A DNA stretch of 64,000 nt. Origin: an uncultured archaeon. GTDB taxonomy: Archaea > Thermoproteota > Nitrososphaeria_A > Caldarchaeales > Wolframiiraptoraceae. A program made the translations under genes and the position numbers. The DNA lies in the NCBI GenBank assembly GCA_938083505.1, contig CALKCF010000001.1, positions 17,388 through 81,387 of the forward strand. The letters run 5' to 3'. The notes under the pieces are model-generated. The model was not told the DNA's origin, did not search any database, and was given only the letters and a program-made list of their open reading frames with translations. This document shows, piece after piece, positions 8,973-18,485 of this stretch; position 1 is the stretch's first letter, and each line of letters starts with the position of its first letter.

Positions 8973-10439
8973 GTGGATTTTACCCCGTCGCCTTTACATG
9001 TCCTTATAATTCTTACGGCCATATCGCCTATCTTGGCGTACGTCTCAAGGAAGTTTCGCTTGGAATGTGTGATGGATGTTTATTCCGTCATCGGTCTTGC
9101 GGTCGTATTCTATTTTGCGATCATCCAAATGCTGAACGTTACTTTTCAAGGTAGCGCATTAACACTTACAGGTCTGCGTGAAGGGACAGCATCAATAATC
9201 CTCATCGATAAGTTGTCTGCTTATGTAACCTTCGTCTTTGTACTCGTCGGCCTAGCATCCGCGCTGTTCTCAGTTGGCTACATAAGGGAGCGAAAGACGG
9301 AATACTATCCGCTCCTTCTAACGATGATAACCGGGATGGTTGGTGTGGCATCTTCCGGTGACTTCGTGACCTTCTTCATCTTTTGGGAGATGATGAGCTT
9401 ATCGGCTTATGTCCTTGTGGCGTTTAGGTACAAAAGTTGGGAGGCTGTGGAGGCCTCGCTGAAGTATCTTATAATAAGCTCCGCGGGCACTGCCGCTATA
9501 CTCTTCGCGCTATCGCTCATGTACGGCATAGCGGGTACGCTCAACATGAACCTCCTGTCAACGGTCTTTGGTTTTCAAGACATGGCGGGCAAAGTTTGGA
9601 GCTATGTAATTTTGGCGCTTCTTTTAGCAGGGCTCGGCGTTAATGCTGCGATAGTGCCATTCCATACTTGGCTGCCGGATGCCCATCCTGCTGCGCCTAG
9701 CCCGATCAGTGCCATGCTGTCGGGCGTTGTGATAAAAACGGGAATATATGCGATGTTCAGGGTTTTGGCGGTCATATTCCCTTCAGCAATCTACAATTGG
9801 GGAATAGCATTGGCATTGTACGCTGCTATAACCATGACGGTCGGCAACCTTATGGCCATGCTCCAAGAGGACATAAAACGGTTACTTGCCTTCAGCAGCA
9901 TAGCCCACATAGGCTACATAGTCTTCGGAATATCCTTGGCGACTGTTAATGGTTTGGCCGGAAGCCTCTTACATGTATTAAACCATGCGAGTATGAAGGG
10001 GCTGCTCTTCTTATCTGCCGGTGCCTTCATACACGCGACGGGTACGAGAAACCTAGACGAGCTCTCAGGCGTAGGTCGTAAGATGCCGATCAGCGGTACG
10101 ACATTTGCGATAGGTGCATTCTCGCTCGCCGGTATACCTGGCCTGAGTGCTTTCGTAAGTGAGTTTCAGATAATAACTGCCAGCCTGGAGGCAGGGATGT
10201 TGCCCTTTACGATTATAATGGTACTTAACGTTCTGATATCCGTCGCTTACTACCTTAGAGTCATTCAGATAATATTCCTGAAACCCTTAACATCCGTCTC
10301 CGAGAAGGCGCACGAAGTCAGCCCTCTAATGCTGATACCGGTCGTGGCCCTAGCTGGCCTTGGTGTATGCATAGGGATTTATCCATCGCCCTTTTTAGAG
10401 ATGACAAAAGCGATAGCTGGTTCCTTGCTCGCCCACTAA
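8973..10439 (+). CDS. NuoN/NuoM/MrpD-family proton-conducting antiporter-like membrane subunit
   Basis: 488 aa and polytopic. The motifs WLPDAHPAAPSPISAML and HASMKGLLFL are hallmarks of the complex-I antiporter-like subunit family. Confidence 0.7.
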   Translation: MDFTPSPLHVLIILTAISPILAYVSRKFRLECVMDVYSVIGLAVVFYFAIIQMLNVTFQGSALTLTGLREGTASIILIDKLSAYVTFVFVLVGLASALFSVGYIRERKTEYYPLLLTMITGMVGVASSGDFVTFFIFWEMMSLSAYVLVAFRYKSWEAVEASLKYLIISSAGTAAILFALSLMYGIAGTLNMNLLSTVFGFQDMAGKVWSYVILALLLAGLGVNAAIVPFHTWLPDAHPAAPSPISAMLSGVVIKTGIYAMFRVLAVIFPSAIYNWGIALALYAAITMTVGNLMAMLQEDIKRLLAFSSIAHIGYIVFGISLATVNGLAGSLLHVLNHASMKGLLFLSAGAFIHATGTRNLDELSGVGRKMPISGTTFAIGAFSLAGIPGLSAFVSEFQIITASLEAGMLPFTIIMVLNVLISVAYYLRVIQIIFLKPLTSVSEKAHEVSPLMLIPVVALAGLGVCIGIYPSPFLEMTKAIAGSLLAH

Positions 10440-10504
10440 ACAATTCATCCGACCCAACTTTCTACTGCACTATTTATAAGCAACAATCACATAGTGCTTT
10501 TTGT

Positions 10505-11146
10505 ATGATTTTTAAGAATAGAGAAGAGGCAGGTAAGCTATTGGCGAAGACCCTTAAAGATTACAAGGAACGCGATGTAGTCGTCCTAGCAATTCCTAGG
10601 GGCGGCGTCGTCGTCGGCTATTACATTGCGGAGGAGCTTGGCTGCCCACTTGACGTCATAATCCCTAGAAAATTGGGTGCACCGCTTCAGCCAGAGCTGG
10701 CAATCGGAGCCGTAGCAGAAAACGGCACCACCGTGTTAAATGAGGATCTGATATATTCTATGGGCATACCGCAGCAGTACATACAAAGGAAGATTAGGGA
10801 GGAGGTTGCCGAGATAAGAAGGCGCATGTCGCTTTACAGGTCGGGAAGGGAAGCGATAACGGTAAAAGATAAGATCGTAATACTTGTTGACGATGGTCTT
10901 GCAACCGGTGCTACGATGAAGGCGGCAATAAAGTACGTCAAGAAACTTGGACCAAAGGCGATCGTGGTAGCAGTACCCGTGGCACCGCCAGACGTCGTTA
11001 GGAACCTGGGGCAGGAAGTCGACAAAGTCATATGCCTGTCGACTCCCGAGCCTTTCTTCGCTATAGGCCAATTCTATGAAGAATTTGAGCAAGTTGAGGA
11101 CGAAGAAGTCATAAGGCTCCTTTCGGCTAGGAGGGAGCCTGCATGA
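10505..11146 (+). CDS. phosphoribosyltransferase (type I PRTase fold)
   Basis: 213 aa from the ATG at 10505. The PRPP-binding loop VILVDDGLATGAT is present. I rejected the upstream in-frame extension to 10367. Confidence 0.7.
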   Translation: MIFKNREEAGKLLAKTLKDYKERDVVVLAIPRGGVVVGYYIAEELGCPLDVIIPRKLGAPLQPELAIGAVAENGTTVLNEDLIYSMGIPQQYIQRKIREEVAEIRRRMSLYRSGREAITVKDKIVILVDDGLATGATMKAAIKYVKKLGPKAIVVAVPVAPPDVVRNLGQEVDKVICLSTPEPFFAIGQFYEEFEQVEDEEVIRLLSARREPA

Positions 11147-11379
11147 TAAGAAATGGTGAACTGGCATCTCCTTTCGTATTACTCGGCATACTTCTCATAA
11201 TAATTGGTGCGATGCTGCTCATAATACCGGCCCTACTAAGGTTTGTACCGAGGCTGGAAGAAATTCATCCTTTCATCCTCTGGTGGTTCAAGGTTGACGG
11301 CATAACAATAGGTACCTCGCCAGCGTTCATACTGATAGCGGTTTTAATTTACCTCATATTACTACTGGTTAAGCACTAG
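11143..11379 (+). CDS. small two-TM membrane protein
   Basis: 78 aa, hydrophobic, with an ATGA start/stop overlap with the PRTase gene. Confidence 0.35.
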   Translation: MIRNGELASPFVLLGILLIIIGAMLLIIPALLRFVPRLEEIHPFILWWFKVDGITIGTSPAFILIAVLIYLILLLVKH

Positions 11380-11381
11380 GG

Positions 11382-12734
11382 CTAATCTATCATTTCGGCA
11401 AGTTTGATCACGAGCGATGCGACCTCCACAGCATCCTTTCCGAACACCGTAACCATCGGCTCCTTTCCCCAATCACCTTCATGGTACACGATGTTCGGAA
11501 CTTTACCGCGGAGTTTCACGGCTTGGCTTATACCCCACCTCACGCTCATGCCCTCGATCTTCTTAACGTCCTCGGGTTCCAGCCTTCTATCATAATACGA
11601 TATACAAAGACCTAGAGCTTTTGCTGCGTTCAGGATGTCTTTATCAAACCTTATGTTCATAGCTGCCCTCATGTTCGGGTCGTACTCCATAACACTCAAC
11701 ACAGCGTTCGCTACATGTCGAGATGTTCCAAACTCTGGGCATCCGGAGGCTTTAACACCCCACGGCTGTCTCACTATCCTTCCAGGTATAGCAACAACCT
11801 CCTCTCTGCTTTCTGCGTACGGAATCGCCATGGCTATGTTGGATTGCGACTCCGGTATGAGTTTCGCGACCGCTGGTACGGACTCCAGCATCCTGACAGC
11901 ATCTTTTAGACGTTCTAAAGCCTCAAACCTCATGGCGGCCTCATACACAGATGCTGACGGATTTACCGGTCCGTGTCCTTTACCGATACTTATTCCGCTC
12001 TTAATGGCGTTTAACACGAACTGTTTGGCCACTAAGACTGCGTTGATGATATCCGAGCCTTTCGCCAGCTCAGCTGCTATGGCGGATGCGAAGACGCAAC
12101 CCGTGCCATGTGTGTTTTTCGTATCGATCCTTACGGATTCTAATATCCTGAATTCGCCATCATAGTATAGCGTGTCAGCAGATTTTTCAGCGCTTATGTG
12201 TCCACCCTTCACAACTACCGCTTTCGGTCCCATCTCGGCTATTGCCTTTGCTGCCCTTTTGGCATCCTCCAAAGTCTTTACAGCAAAGCCCGCAAGTCTT
12301 GAAGCTTCCAACGCATTTGGTGTTAAAACAGTAGCAATCGGAAGCATCCTCTCGATGAGACTTTTCACGGCATCTTGCTTAAGCAACTCTGCACCGCTCT
12401 TTGCGATCATCACGGGGTCCACGACTATAGGTTTAGAAAGCTTGGAAAGCTCTTCAGCGACAGCGTTTATTATTTGGAACGTGTGTAGCATGCCCGTTTT
12501 AACAGCATCAACCCCTATGTCCTCAACGACGACCCTTATCTGGCTCCTGATGACCTCGACATCTATATCTTGAACGGCATGAACACCAACTGTGTTCTGG
12601 GCAGTGATCGTGGTTATTGCACACATACCATGGACGCCTAGGGCTGCGAAGGTCTTAAGATCTGCCTGTATTCCAGCACCTCCTCCCGAATCGGAGCCCG
12701 CGACCGTTAATGCACGTGCCCTAAACGCCCTCAT
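11382..12734 (-). CDS. thiDN: bifunctional hydroxymethylpyrimidine/phosphomethylpyrimidine kinase and archaeal thiamine-phosphate synthase (ThiD-ThiN fusion)
   Basis: 450 aa. The N-terminal 260 aa carry the ThiD ribokinase-like fold ([22 protein letters not shown]). The C-terminal 180 aa match the ThiN domain found only in archaeal ThiDN. Confidence 0.8.
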   Translation of the reverse strand: MRAFRARALTVAGSDSGGGAGIQADLKTFAALGVHGMCAITTITAQNTVGVHAVQDIDVEVIRSQIRVVVEDIGVDAVKTGMLHTFQIINAVAEELSKLSKPIVVDPVMIAKSGAELLKQDAVKSLIERMLPIATVLTPNALEASRLAGFAVKTLEDAKRAAKAIAEMGPKAVVVKGGHISAEKSADTLYYDGEFRILESVRIDTKNTHGTGCVFASAIAAELAKGSDIINAVLVAKQFVLNAIKSGISIGKGHGPVNPSASVYEAAMRFEALERLKDAVRMLESVPAVAKLIPESQSNIAMAIPYAESREEVVAIPGRIVRQPWGVKASGCPEFGTSRHVANAVLSVMEYDPNMRAAMNIRFDKDILNAAKALGLCISYYDRRLEPEDVKKIEGMSVRWGISQAVKLRGKVPNIVYHEGDWGKEPMVTVFGKDAVEVASLVIKLAEMID

Positions 12735-12810
12735 TACGCTAAAAGCTTACATTGTTCAGGCTTATATGCATACATAAAACATGCTTATAAAATTGCGAGA
12801 AGGGGTAAAT

Positions 12811-13365
12811 TCATTCCAAGAAGATTACCTCATCGACCTTTTTCATTATTTTTTCAGTCAGCATCCTTTCCCTGAGAGTTATGCCGGAGCCCTTGTCATA
12901 CTGAAGTTTAGTACCATAGTAGGCCGTTCCCACGAATGTCTCGGAGACCTTTATGCATTTTTCAAGCAACTCAGGGTCGCCGGCGTGGAGGTAGATTGTG
13001 AGGTCGTTAATGAAGAGCAGTCTTGTAGGCTTGCCGAGGAATTTCTTCAATAAAGGTTCAATGGCTTCTCTGTTCTTCTCGGCTAACAACAGAACTTCCT
13101 CCTTCATCTTACCAGAAAGTCTTGGTGCAAAAACGTCCGTCGGTACTAGCAATCTAGTGCCGCTGATGTTACGCAAATAATCCGTCACCCTACCGCCGAA
13201 CTCGCCGATCTTTTTTGGTGCTAACTCTATCAAAGTAACTTCGCTGGAAAGACCTCGCATGATCGCCTCCTCTAACAATTTAACGAGAAGCATAGTTTTG
13301 CCTGTTCCGGTATCACCTGCTATCAGCACCTTCTTACCAAGCACCTTATCGAGTTTTAGCGCCAA
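12811..13365 (-). CDS. small P-loop NTPase (THEP1/RecA-like)
   Basis: 184 aa with Walker A IAGDTGTGKT and a Walker B-like LLFINDLT. Family not resolved. Confidence 0.45.
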   Translation of the reverse strand: MALKLDKVLGKKVLIAGDTGTGKTMLLVKLLEEAIMRGLSSEVTLIELAPKKIGEFGGRVTDYLRNISGTRLLVPTDVFAPRLSGKMKEEVLLLAEKNREAIEPLLKKFLGKPTRLLFINDLTIYLHAGDPELLEKCIKVSETFVGTAYYGTKLQYDKGSGITLRERMLTEKIMKKVDEVIFLE

Positions 13366-13370
13366 AAGTC

Positions 13371-13952
13371 TTAACTCCTTTCTGAAAGCACACCAAACCT
13401 TTCAAGCGCGATCAGAACCATGAACCCTATGATGCTACCTATGACTGAGCTTATGGCCCATCCGCTCCATAACGTGAGTAGTGCTGTAAATGTACCAAGC
13501 TCCTGCATACGTAGGAGCATATCTTGCGCAGGCTTCAGATAACTAGCGGCCCACGGTGCGACCATGAACAACGAGATTGTCCCTCCGATAAAAACCGTGC
13601 CTATCGGTTCAAAGAGTGCTGCTACGTACTTTAGATATCTAATTTTTATTTGTGATGTAATCATATAAGTAAGCCCCACGACTATAGCACCAGGTATGCC
13701 TCCGGGAAAAGCGAATATCGTACCAACACCAAGCGCATTCCTTATAAAACCAACTATTATAGCTACGAGTGCTGCCCACCAAGGACCCAGCATTATGCCA
13801 GTCAGCGAGTTTATGAGGTGTTGCCCAGGGTAGGCCTTCGTCCCGAGGAAAGGAAACCAGAAGAACGGTGCTAACACGACACCCAGCGTCGAGAAAGTTG
13901 CAGCTAACGCAACCTTTCTTGATAAACCAGAAAGCCTGTAGTTGGTGTTCAT
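13371..13952 (-). CDS. polytopic membrane protein, ECF-transporter S-component-like (ThiW/BioY-like)
   Basis: 193 aa with 5-6 TM helices. It lies between a thiamine gene and a P-loop ATPase on the same strand. The family assignment is tentative. Confidence 0.4.
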   Translation of the reverse strand: MNTNYRLSGLSRKVALAATFSTLGVVLAPFFWFPFLGTKAYPGQHLINSLTGIMLGPWWAALVAIIVGFIRNALGVGTIFAFPGGIPGAIVVGLTYMITSQIKIRYLKYVAALFEPIGTVFIGGTISLFMVAPWAASYLKPAQDMLLRMQELGTFTALLTLWSGWAISSVIGSIIGFMVLIALERFGVLSERS

Positions 13953-13986
13953 AGAAAATTACATATTTTGTTCTAAATAATAACAT

Positions 13987-14391
13987 TTACTTCCAAACCC
14001 ATAAGTCACTTGTAAAATAGTTAATACATGTACCAATCCCTATGGCTATTATATTGGATATCAAGTAGTGTATGGTTAGGAACTCCGTTATGAGGAATAA
14101 TGCGAGCATTGTTGTGACGAATCCAAGAATTCTTGAAATATGGAACTTAATGAGCCTAAGCCAGCGTGAAGAAGACGTGTTTCTTTTCCTGAAAGTCCAT
14201 ACTTCGTTTAGAATAAAGTTGTTAAGGAGCGCGACCTCAAAGCTGAACATAGCCGCCAACATATAATAGATTCCAAGGATGTAGGCTAAGAAAAAAAGTA
14301 CTGCTTGGTTAATAAGAACACCAATAGCACCAACGACGCTAAACTCCAGGAACCTTATTGTGAATGCGCTTTTGATGAGTTTTAAAATCAT
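13987..14391 (-). CDS. GtrA-family membrane protein
   Basis: 134 aa and 4 TM. The N-terminal FLEFSVVGAIGVLINQAVLF and NEVWTFR motifs match GtrA. Confidence 0.65.
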   Translation of the reverse strand: MILKLIKSAFTIRFLEFSVVGAIGVLINQAVLFFLAYILGIYYMLAAMFSFEVALLNNFILNEVWTFRKRNTSSSRWLRLIKFHISRILGFVTTMLALFLITEFLTIHYLISNIIAIGIGTCINYFTSDLWVWK

Positions 14392-14421
14392 CGCCCTTAC
14401 GCTGGATTTTTCCGTAACCGT

Positions 14422-15282
14422 TCACCCATAGAGTTCCTTAGACTTCAGTATGTTTGTCCTAAAATTTCCCCTATTGTCCTCAGGTGTCTCCAAGATGAAC
14501 GGAAGGTTCCTTAGATCTTTGTGGTGAAATATCGCCCTGAAACCTTCTTCACCTATCATACCCATACCTATGTGTTCGTGTCTATCCAAATGACTACCTA
14601 GTCCACCCTTTGAATCGTTTATGTGAACGACCTTAAGGTGCTTCATGCCTATCACACTATCAAATTCCTCAATGGTCTTTTCCACAACCTCTTCGTTTCT
14701 CAAATCGTAACCAGCTGCAAAAGCATGGCACGTGTCGAAGCATATTGCGATACGCTTATTATCACCTATCAGGTCTAAAATCCTTCTTAGCTCCTCAAAT
14801 CTCGAGCCGACACTATTCTTCTGCCCTGCCATGTTTTCCAGCAGTATTATGACGTCATTCCGGACTTTTTCCAGTGCGGTCTTACATGCTTCCACCACTT
14901 TTTGTATGCCGACATCGATACCCTTGCCCATATGGCTTCCAAGATGGACTGCAAGGAACTTTATACCCAGCTCGCCGCACCTCTCAAGCTCAGTCATCAA
15001 GACTTTGAGAGACTTAGTGAAGAGTTGCTTCGATGGTGAGGCTATGTTTGGTAAGTACGGCATGTGGCCGACTGGTACGGAGAATCCTTTAGCCGCAACC
15101 TTTTCTCTGAACAATCTGATCTCTTCCGGGTTTAGTTTTTTGAACTTCCATCCCCTCGGGTTCCTTATGAATATCTGAAAAGTACCTGCGCAGCCTATTT
15201 CTACAGCCCTATCAACGGCCTTGTCAATCGAGCCCGCTATAGATACATGTGCCCCTAGGATAGGGCCCATTGTCATGTTCAT
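14422..15282 (-). CDS. nfo: endonuclease IV (AP endonuclease, TIM barrel)
   Basis: 286 aa. GAHVSIAG at the N-terminus plus metal-binding His/Asp/Glu spacing is typical of Nfo. Confidence 0.85.
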   Translation of the reverse strand: MNMTMGPILGAHVSIAGSIDKAVDRAVEIGCAGTFQIFIRNPRGWKFKKLNPEEIRLFREKVAAKGFSVPVGHMPYLPNIASPSKQLFTKSLKVLMTELERCGELGIKFLAVHLGSHMGKGIDVGIQKVVEACKTALEKVRNDVIILLENMAGQKNSVGSRFEELRRILDLIGDNKRIAICFDTCHAFAAGYDLRNEEVVEKTIEEFDSVIGMKHLKVVHINDSKGGLGSHLDRHEHIGMGMIGEEGFRAIFHHKDLRNLPFILETPEDNRGNFRTNILKSKELYG

Positions 15283-15348
15283 AGTGATCTAGCAACTCAT
15301 AAAAAAGCATTTACAAAATAACTTCGACGAAAGGTTCGAAGGGAGTTA

Positions 15349-15567
15349 CTAGAGCCTGCATGCCCTCTTCATCTTTAAGGAGATTAACATAGTCCTAACG
15401 TCCTTTGGGTCCTTGGATGTATACAGCACATATTTAGGATTCACATAATTTTTCTTACCACAACCGTGGCATACGAAATAACGCTCAGCAAAAGTAACTT
15501 GTAAGTGGCCGCAGCTCGTGCATGATACAACCTTATACTCTTTACGCGATGCTCTAATATTCATCAA
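15349..15567 (-). CDS. small zinc-ribbon protein
   Basis: 72 aa with CxxC...CxxC (CTSCG...CHGCG). Confidence 0.4.
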   Translation of the reverse strand: MMNIRASRKEYKVVSCTSCGHLQVTFAERYFVCHGCGKKNYVNPKYVLYTSKDPKDVRTMLISLKMKRACRL

Positions 15568-15631
15568 TCTTCAAAACAAACTAACTTTATATTAAAGTTA
15601 GCTTAGTGGTTTTGCTGCACTGTAACAGAAG

Positions 15632-17659
15632 GTGTCTGTTTTGCTACAACCATTTAGGGAAAGTTTTACATTAATGCCGCACTACACAGAAATCGTTTTT
15701 TATTTAGTCTTAATACCATTCACGATAATACTTGTCGTAGGTCTGTATAAGCATTACAAGCTTTACGGAAGGTGTGTAATAGAAGAGCTCGCTAGGCATT
15801 GTGGACAGAGGTTGAAGGTTTTCCTTAGATATGGTCTACTTCAAGCTAGGATACTTTCTGACCGCTTTATGGGTAGTCTACATGTAACACTCTTTATTGG
15901 AGTTGCCGCCCTCTTCATAGGTACGTGTATAGTTTTTCTTGATCATATGATTGAAAAGTTTGGAGGGAAATTGTTAGTGGGAGATATCTACCTAGTTATT
16001 GAAACACTCCTAGATTTCTTTGGTTTACTCTTCATGTTAAGCGTAGCCGTACTCCTCGTCTCCAGAGTTTTCAGATATCCTTCTAGAATCGGCGTGCGTG
16101 TCCAATACATGCTAGTGTTGATAGGGTTATTTTACGTGGGCGTATCTGGGTTTTTGGTGGAAGGGTTTAGAATATTTCTTAAACAGGTGCCATGGTCTAG
16201 CTACTCTTTTATGGGTGCAACAATCGCAGATGTACTTTCATACTTTAACATTCATCTGGAGTTTGTGTATGGTTTGTACGTTACAGTTTGGTGGAGTCAT
16301 GCGCTCACAGCGCTTATGTTAATAGCTTTTCTACCTTATTCAAACCTTATACATATCCTAACGTCATCTATGAACATCTATCTTTCAAGACCTGCTGAGC
16401 CTGCTGGAAAATTGACAACACCATTAAACATTATGACTTTAGGTGAAGTTGGAGAGTCCGAGTTACGTATAGGATTCAAGAGAACAAGAGAGATGAACTG
16501 GCGAGATGCGCTCGGTGTTTATGCTTGTACAGACTGTGGCAGATGTGAGGAGTCATGTCCAGCTTACGAGGCGGGTTCAGCGTTATCACCGAGGAAGCTT
16601 ATCCAATCGCTAAAATTCTTACTCGATAAGAGTCTTGAAGACCGTGACGTGCTAGCTGATGATGCGATAAAGGAGGAGGCAGTATGGGCGTGTACTACCT
16701 GTCATGCGTGTTCCTGGAAATGCCCCGTTCTCATAAGCCCTACAAAGTACGTAATCGAAATTAGGAGGGCGACAGTCTTCGAAGGGAAGATGGATGAAAG
16801 GGTTTATCCATTAGTCTCTAACATAGCTAGGATGTCCAATCCATTCGGCATACCCGAGTACGAGAAGAAGAAGTTGATCGAAGAGCTCAAAGGTATAGGT
16901 GTAAAAGTTCTACCGAACAACGGTGATGTTGAATACCTATACTGGCTCGGTTGTGCTGCTTTTTATGACCCAAGGGTTGGAAAAGTAGCTAAGGCGACCA
17001 TTAGGCTGTTAAAGGAGGCAGGATTGAGTGTTGGGGTACTCATCGATGAAAAATGCACTGGTGACCCAGCCAGAAGAGTTGGTGAGGAGGGCAGATTCCA
17101 AGAGCAAGCGTATGCTAACGTAGAGAAGATCATGGGACTTAAAGTGAAGAAGATAGTGACACACTGTCCACATTGTTACAACACATTAAAGAATGAGTAC
17201 AAGGAGTTTGGACTAGAGGCCGAAGTCATCCACCATACTCAACTGTTGAGCAAGCTGCTAGAAGATGGAAGGCTTCGTATAAAGAAAAGACTTGAGGCAT
17301 ATGCCGTACTGCATGATTCGTGTTACATAGGTCGTGTGAATGGAATATACAACGAGCCAAGACATGTGTTATCTACTGTACTATCGGGTAGGCTTTTAGA
17401 GTTTCCGCGTTCAAGAGAAAATAGTTTCTGCTGTGGTGCAGGCGGTTGCAACTATTGGTACCACATACCGAGGGTCAAGAGGGAATCTCTGATAAGAGTT
17501 GAGGAGGCAATCTCGATAGGCGCAAAGATTCTTGTTACTGAGTGTCCATATTGCCTAGCGATGTTTGAGGATGCTGTGAGGGTCATGAACCTTGAGGGCT
17601 TTATTGTAAAGGACGTGGCGGAAATCTTAACAACATCAGTCTTTGACAAAGAAATTTAA
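15632..17659 (+). CDS. membrane-anchored Fe-S oxidoreductase: N-terminal polytopic HdrE/NarI-like domain, two 4Fe-4S motifs, two CCG domains (HdrD/GlpC/GlcF-like)
   Basis: 675 aa. Residues 1-260 are hydrophobic with conserved His. CTDCGRCEESCP and CTTCHACSWKCP are the two 4Fe-4S motifs. The CCG domains are WLGCAAFYDP and CCGAGGC. Confidence 0.75.
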   Translation: MSVLLQPFRESFTLMPHYTEIVFYLVLIPFTIILVVGLYKHYKLYGRCVIEELARHCGQRLKVFLRYGLLQARILSDRFMGSLHVTLFIGVAALFIGTCIVFLDHMIEKFGGKLLVGDIYLVIETLLDFFGLLFMLSVAVLLVSRVFRYPSRIGVRVQYMLVLIGLFYVGVSGFLVEGFRIFLKQVPWSSYSFMGATIADVLSYFNIHLEFVYGLYVTVWWSHALTALMLIAFLPYSNLIHILTSSMNIYLSRPAEPAGKLTTPLNIMTLGEVGESELRIGFKRTREMNWRDALGVYACTDCGRCEESCPAYEAGSALSPRKLIQSLKFLLDKSLEDRDVLADDAIKEEAVWACTTCHACSWKCPVLISPTKYVIEIRRATVFEGKMDERVYPLVSNIARMSNPFGIPEYEKKKLIEELKGIGVKVLPNNGDVEYLYWLGCAAFYDPRVGKVAKATIRLLKEAGLSVGVLIDEKCTGDPARRVGEEGRFQEQAYANVEKIMGLKVKKIVTHCPHCYNTLKNEYKEFGLEAEVIHHTQLLSKLLEDGRLRIKKRLEAYAVLHDSCYIGRVNGIYNEPRHVLSTVLSGRLLEFPRSRENSFCCGAGGCNYWYHIPRVKRESLIRVEEAISIGAKILVTECPYCLAMFEDAVRVMNLEGFIVKDVAEILTTSVFDKEI

Positions 17660-17711
17660 GAAATAAAAAATTTATTATATATTATTAAAATTCGGTACTC
17701 TGTGATATTGC

Positions 17712-18485
17712 ATGTTGAATGTCCTCGTATGTGTGAAACAAGTTGTAGACATAAATCAGCTTAGAATATCTGATGGATCCATCGAAGAAGCCATACGACG
17801 CGCACCAAGAAAGATCAGCGAATTCGACCTGAACGCGTTAGAAGAGGCCATAAGGTTAAAAGAAAAACACGACGGCAAAGTCATGATTCTCAGCGTCGGT
17901 TCTGATGTTAAAACCATGCTGATAAGGGAGGCACTCGCAATGGGTGCCGACGAGGCTTACGTCGTCTCGGACCCCCTCATGGAAGGCTCTGATGGGTTTG
18001 TTACCGCCACGGTATTAGCAGAGGCAGCTAGAAGGATAAAAGGGTGGGATATCATACTCTGCGGGGAGGCGTCCTCTGATGAGGCTGGATATCAAACAGG
18101 TCCTAGGTTAGCCAAGGAGCTCGGCATACCTTTCCTGGCCTATGTGACGAAGCTAGAACTGAGATCAGGTAAAGCGTTGGTTGAAAGAACTTTAGAGGAT
18201 GTCGTGGAAACTTACGAGGTACCGCTGCCCGCTCTATTCACAGTGGGCTTAGAGATAAACACACCAAGGATTCCAAGCCTACTTATGATAAAGGTAGCAT
18301 CCAAGAAACCTATAACGTCTTGGAGTTTGAAAGATTTGGGGATAACTGTCAAGCCAGCTTTAAGAACGATAGAGATGAAGGTCTTGAAAAGTGAAAGGAA
18401 GAACGTGGTGATAGAGTGCAGCCCCGAGGAGGCGGCAGAAAAGCTGGTCATGAGTCTATTGAGGGAGGGTGCTATAAAGGTATGA
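17712..18485 (+). CDS. etfB: electron transfer flavoprotein beta subunit
   Basis: 257 aa and ETF-beta/FixA-like throughout. It overlaps etfA with an ATGA junction. Confidence 0.85.
   Translation: MLNVLVCVKQVVDINQLRISDGSIEEAIRRAPRKISEFDLNALEEAIRLKEKHDGKVMILSVGSDVKTMLIREALAMGADEAYVVSDPLMEGSDGFVTATVLAEAARRIKGWDIILCGEASSDEAGYQTGPRLAKELGIPFLAYVTKLELRSGKALVERTLEDVVETYEVPLPALFTVGLEINTPRIPSLLMIKVASKKPITSWSLKDLGITVKPALRTIEMKVLKSERKNVVIECSPEEAAEKLVMSLLREGAIKV

Noticed and set aside
8954-9154. 66-aa + strand ORF upstream of and overlapping the NuoN-like gene
   Set aside because: It is a different frame of the same region as the well-supported membrane-protein gene, with no family signal.
10367-10504. 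The N-terminal 46-codon extension of the phosphoribosyltransferase ORF
   Set aside because: It overlaps the end of the upstream NuoN-like gene and has no conserved sequence. The ATG at 10505 gives a canonical ~213-aa PRTase.
11635-12573. 176-aa and 133-aa + strand ORFs
   Set aside because: They are antisense within thiDN, with Ser/Thr/Ala-rich, low-complexity translations.
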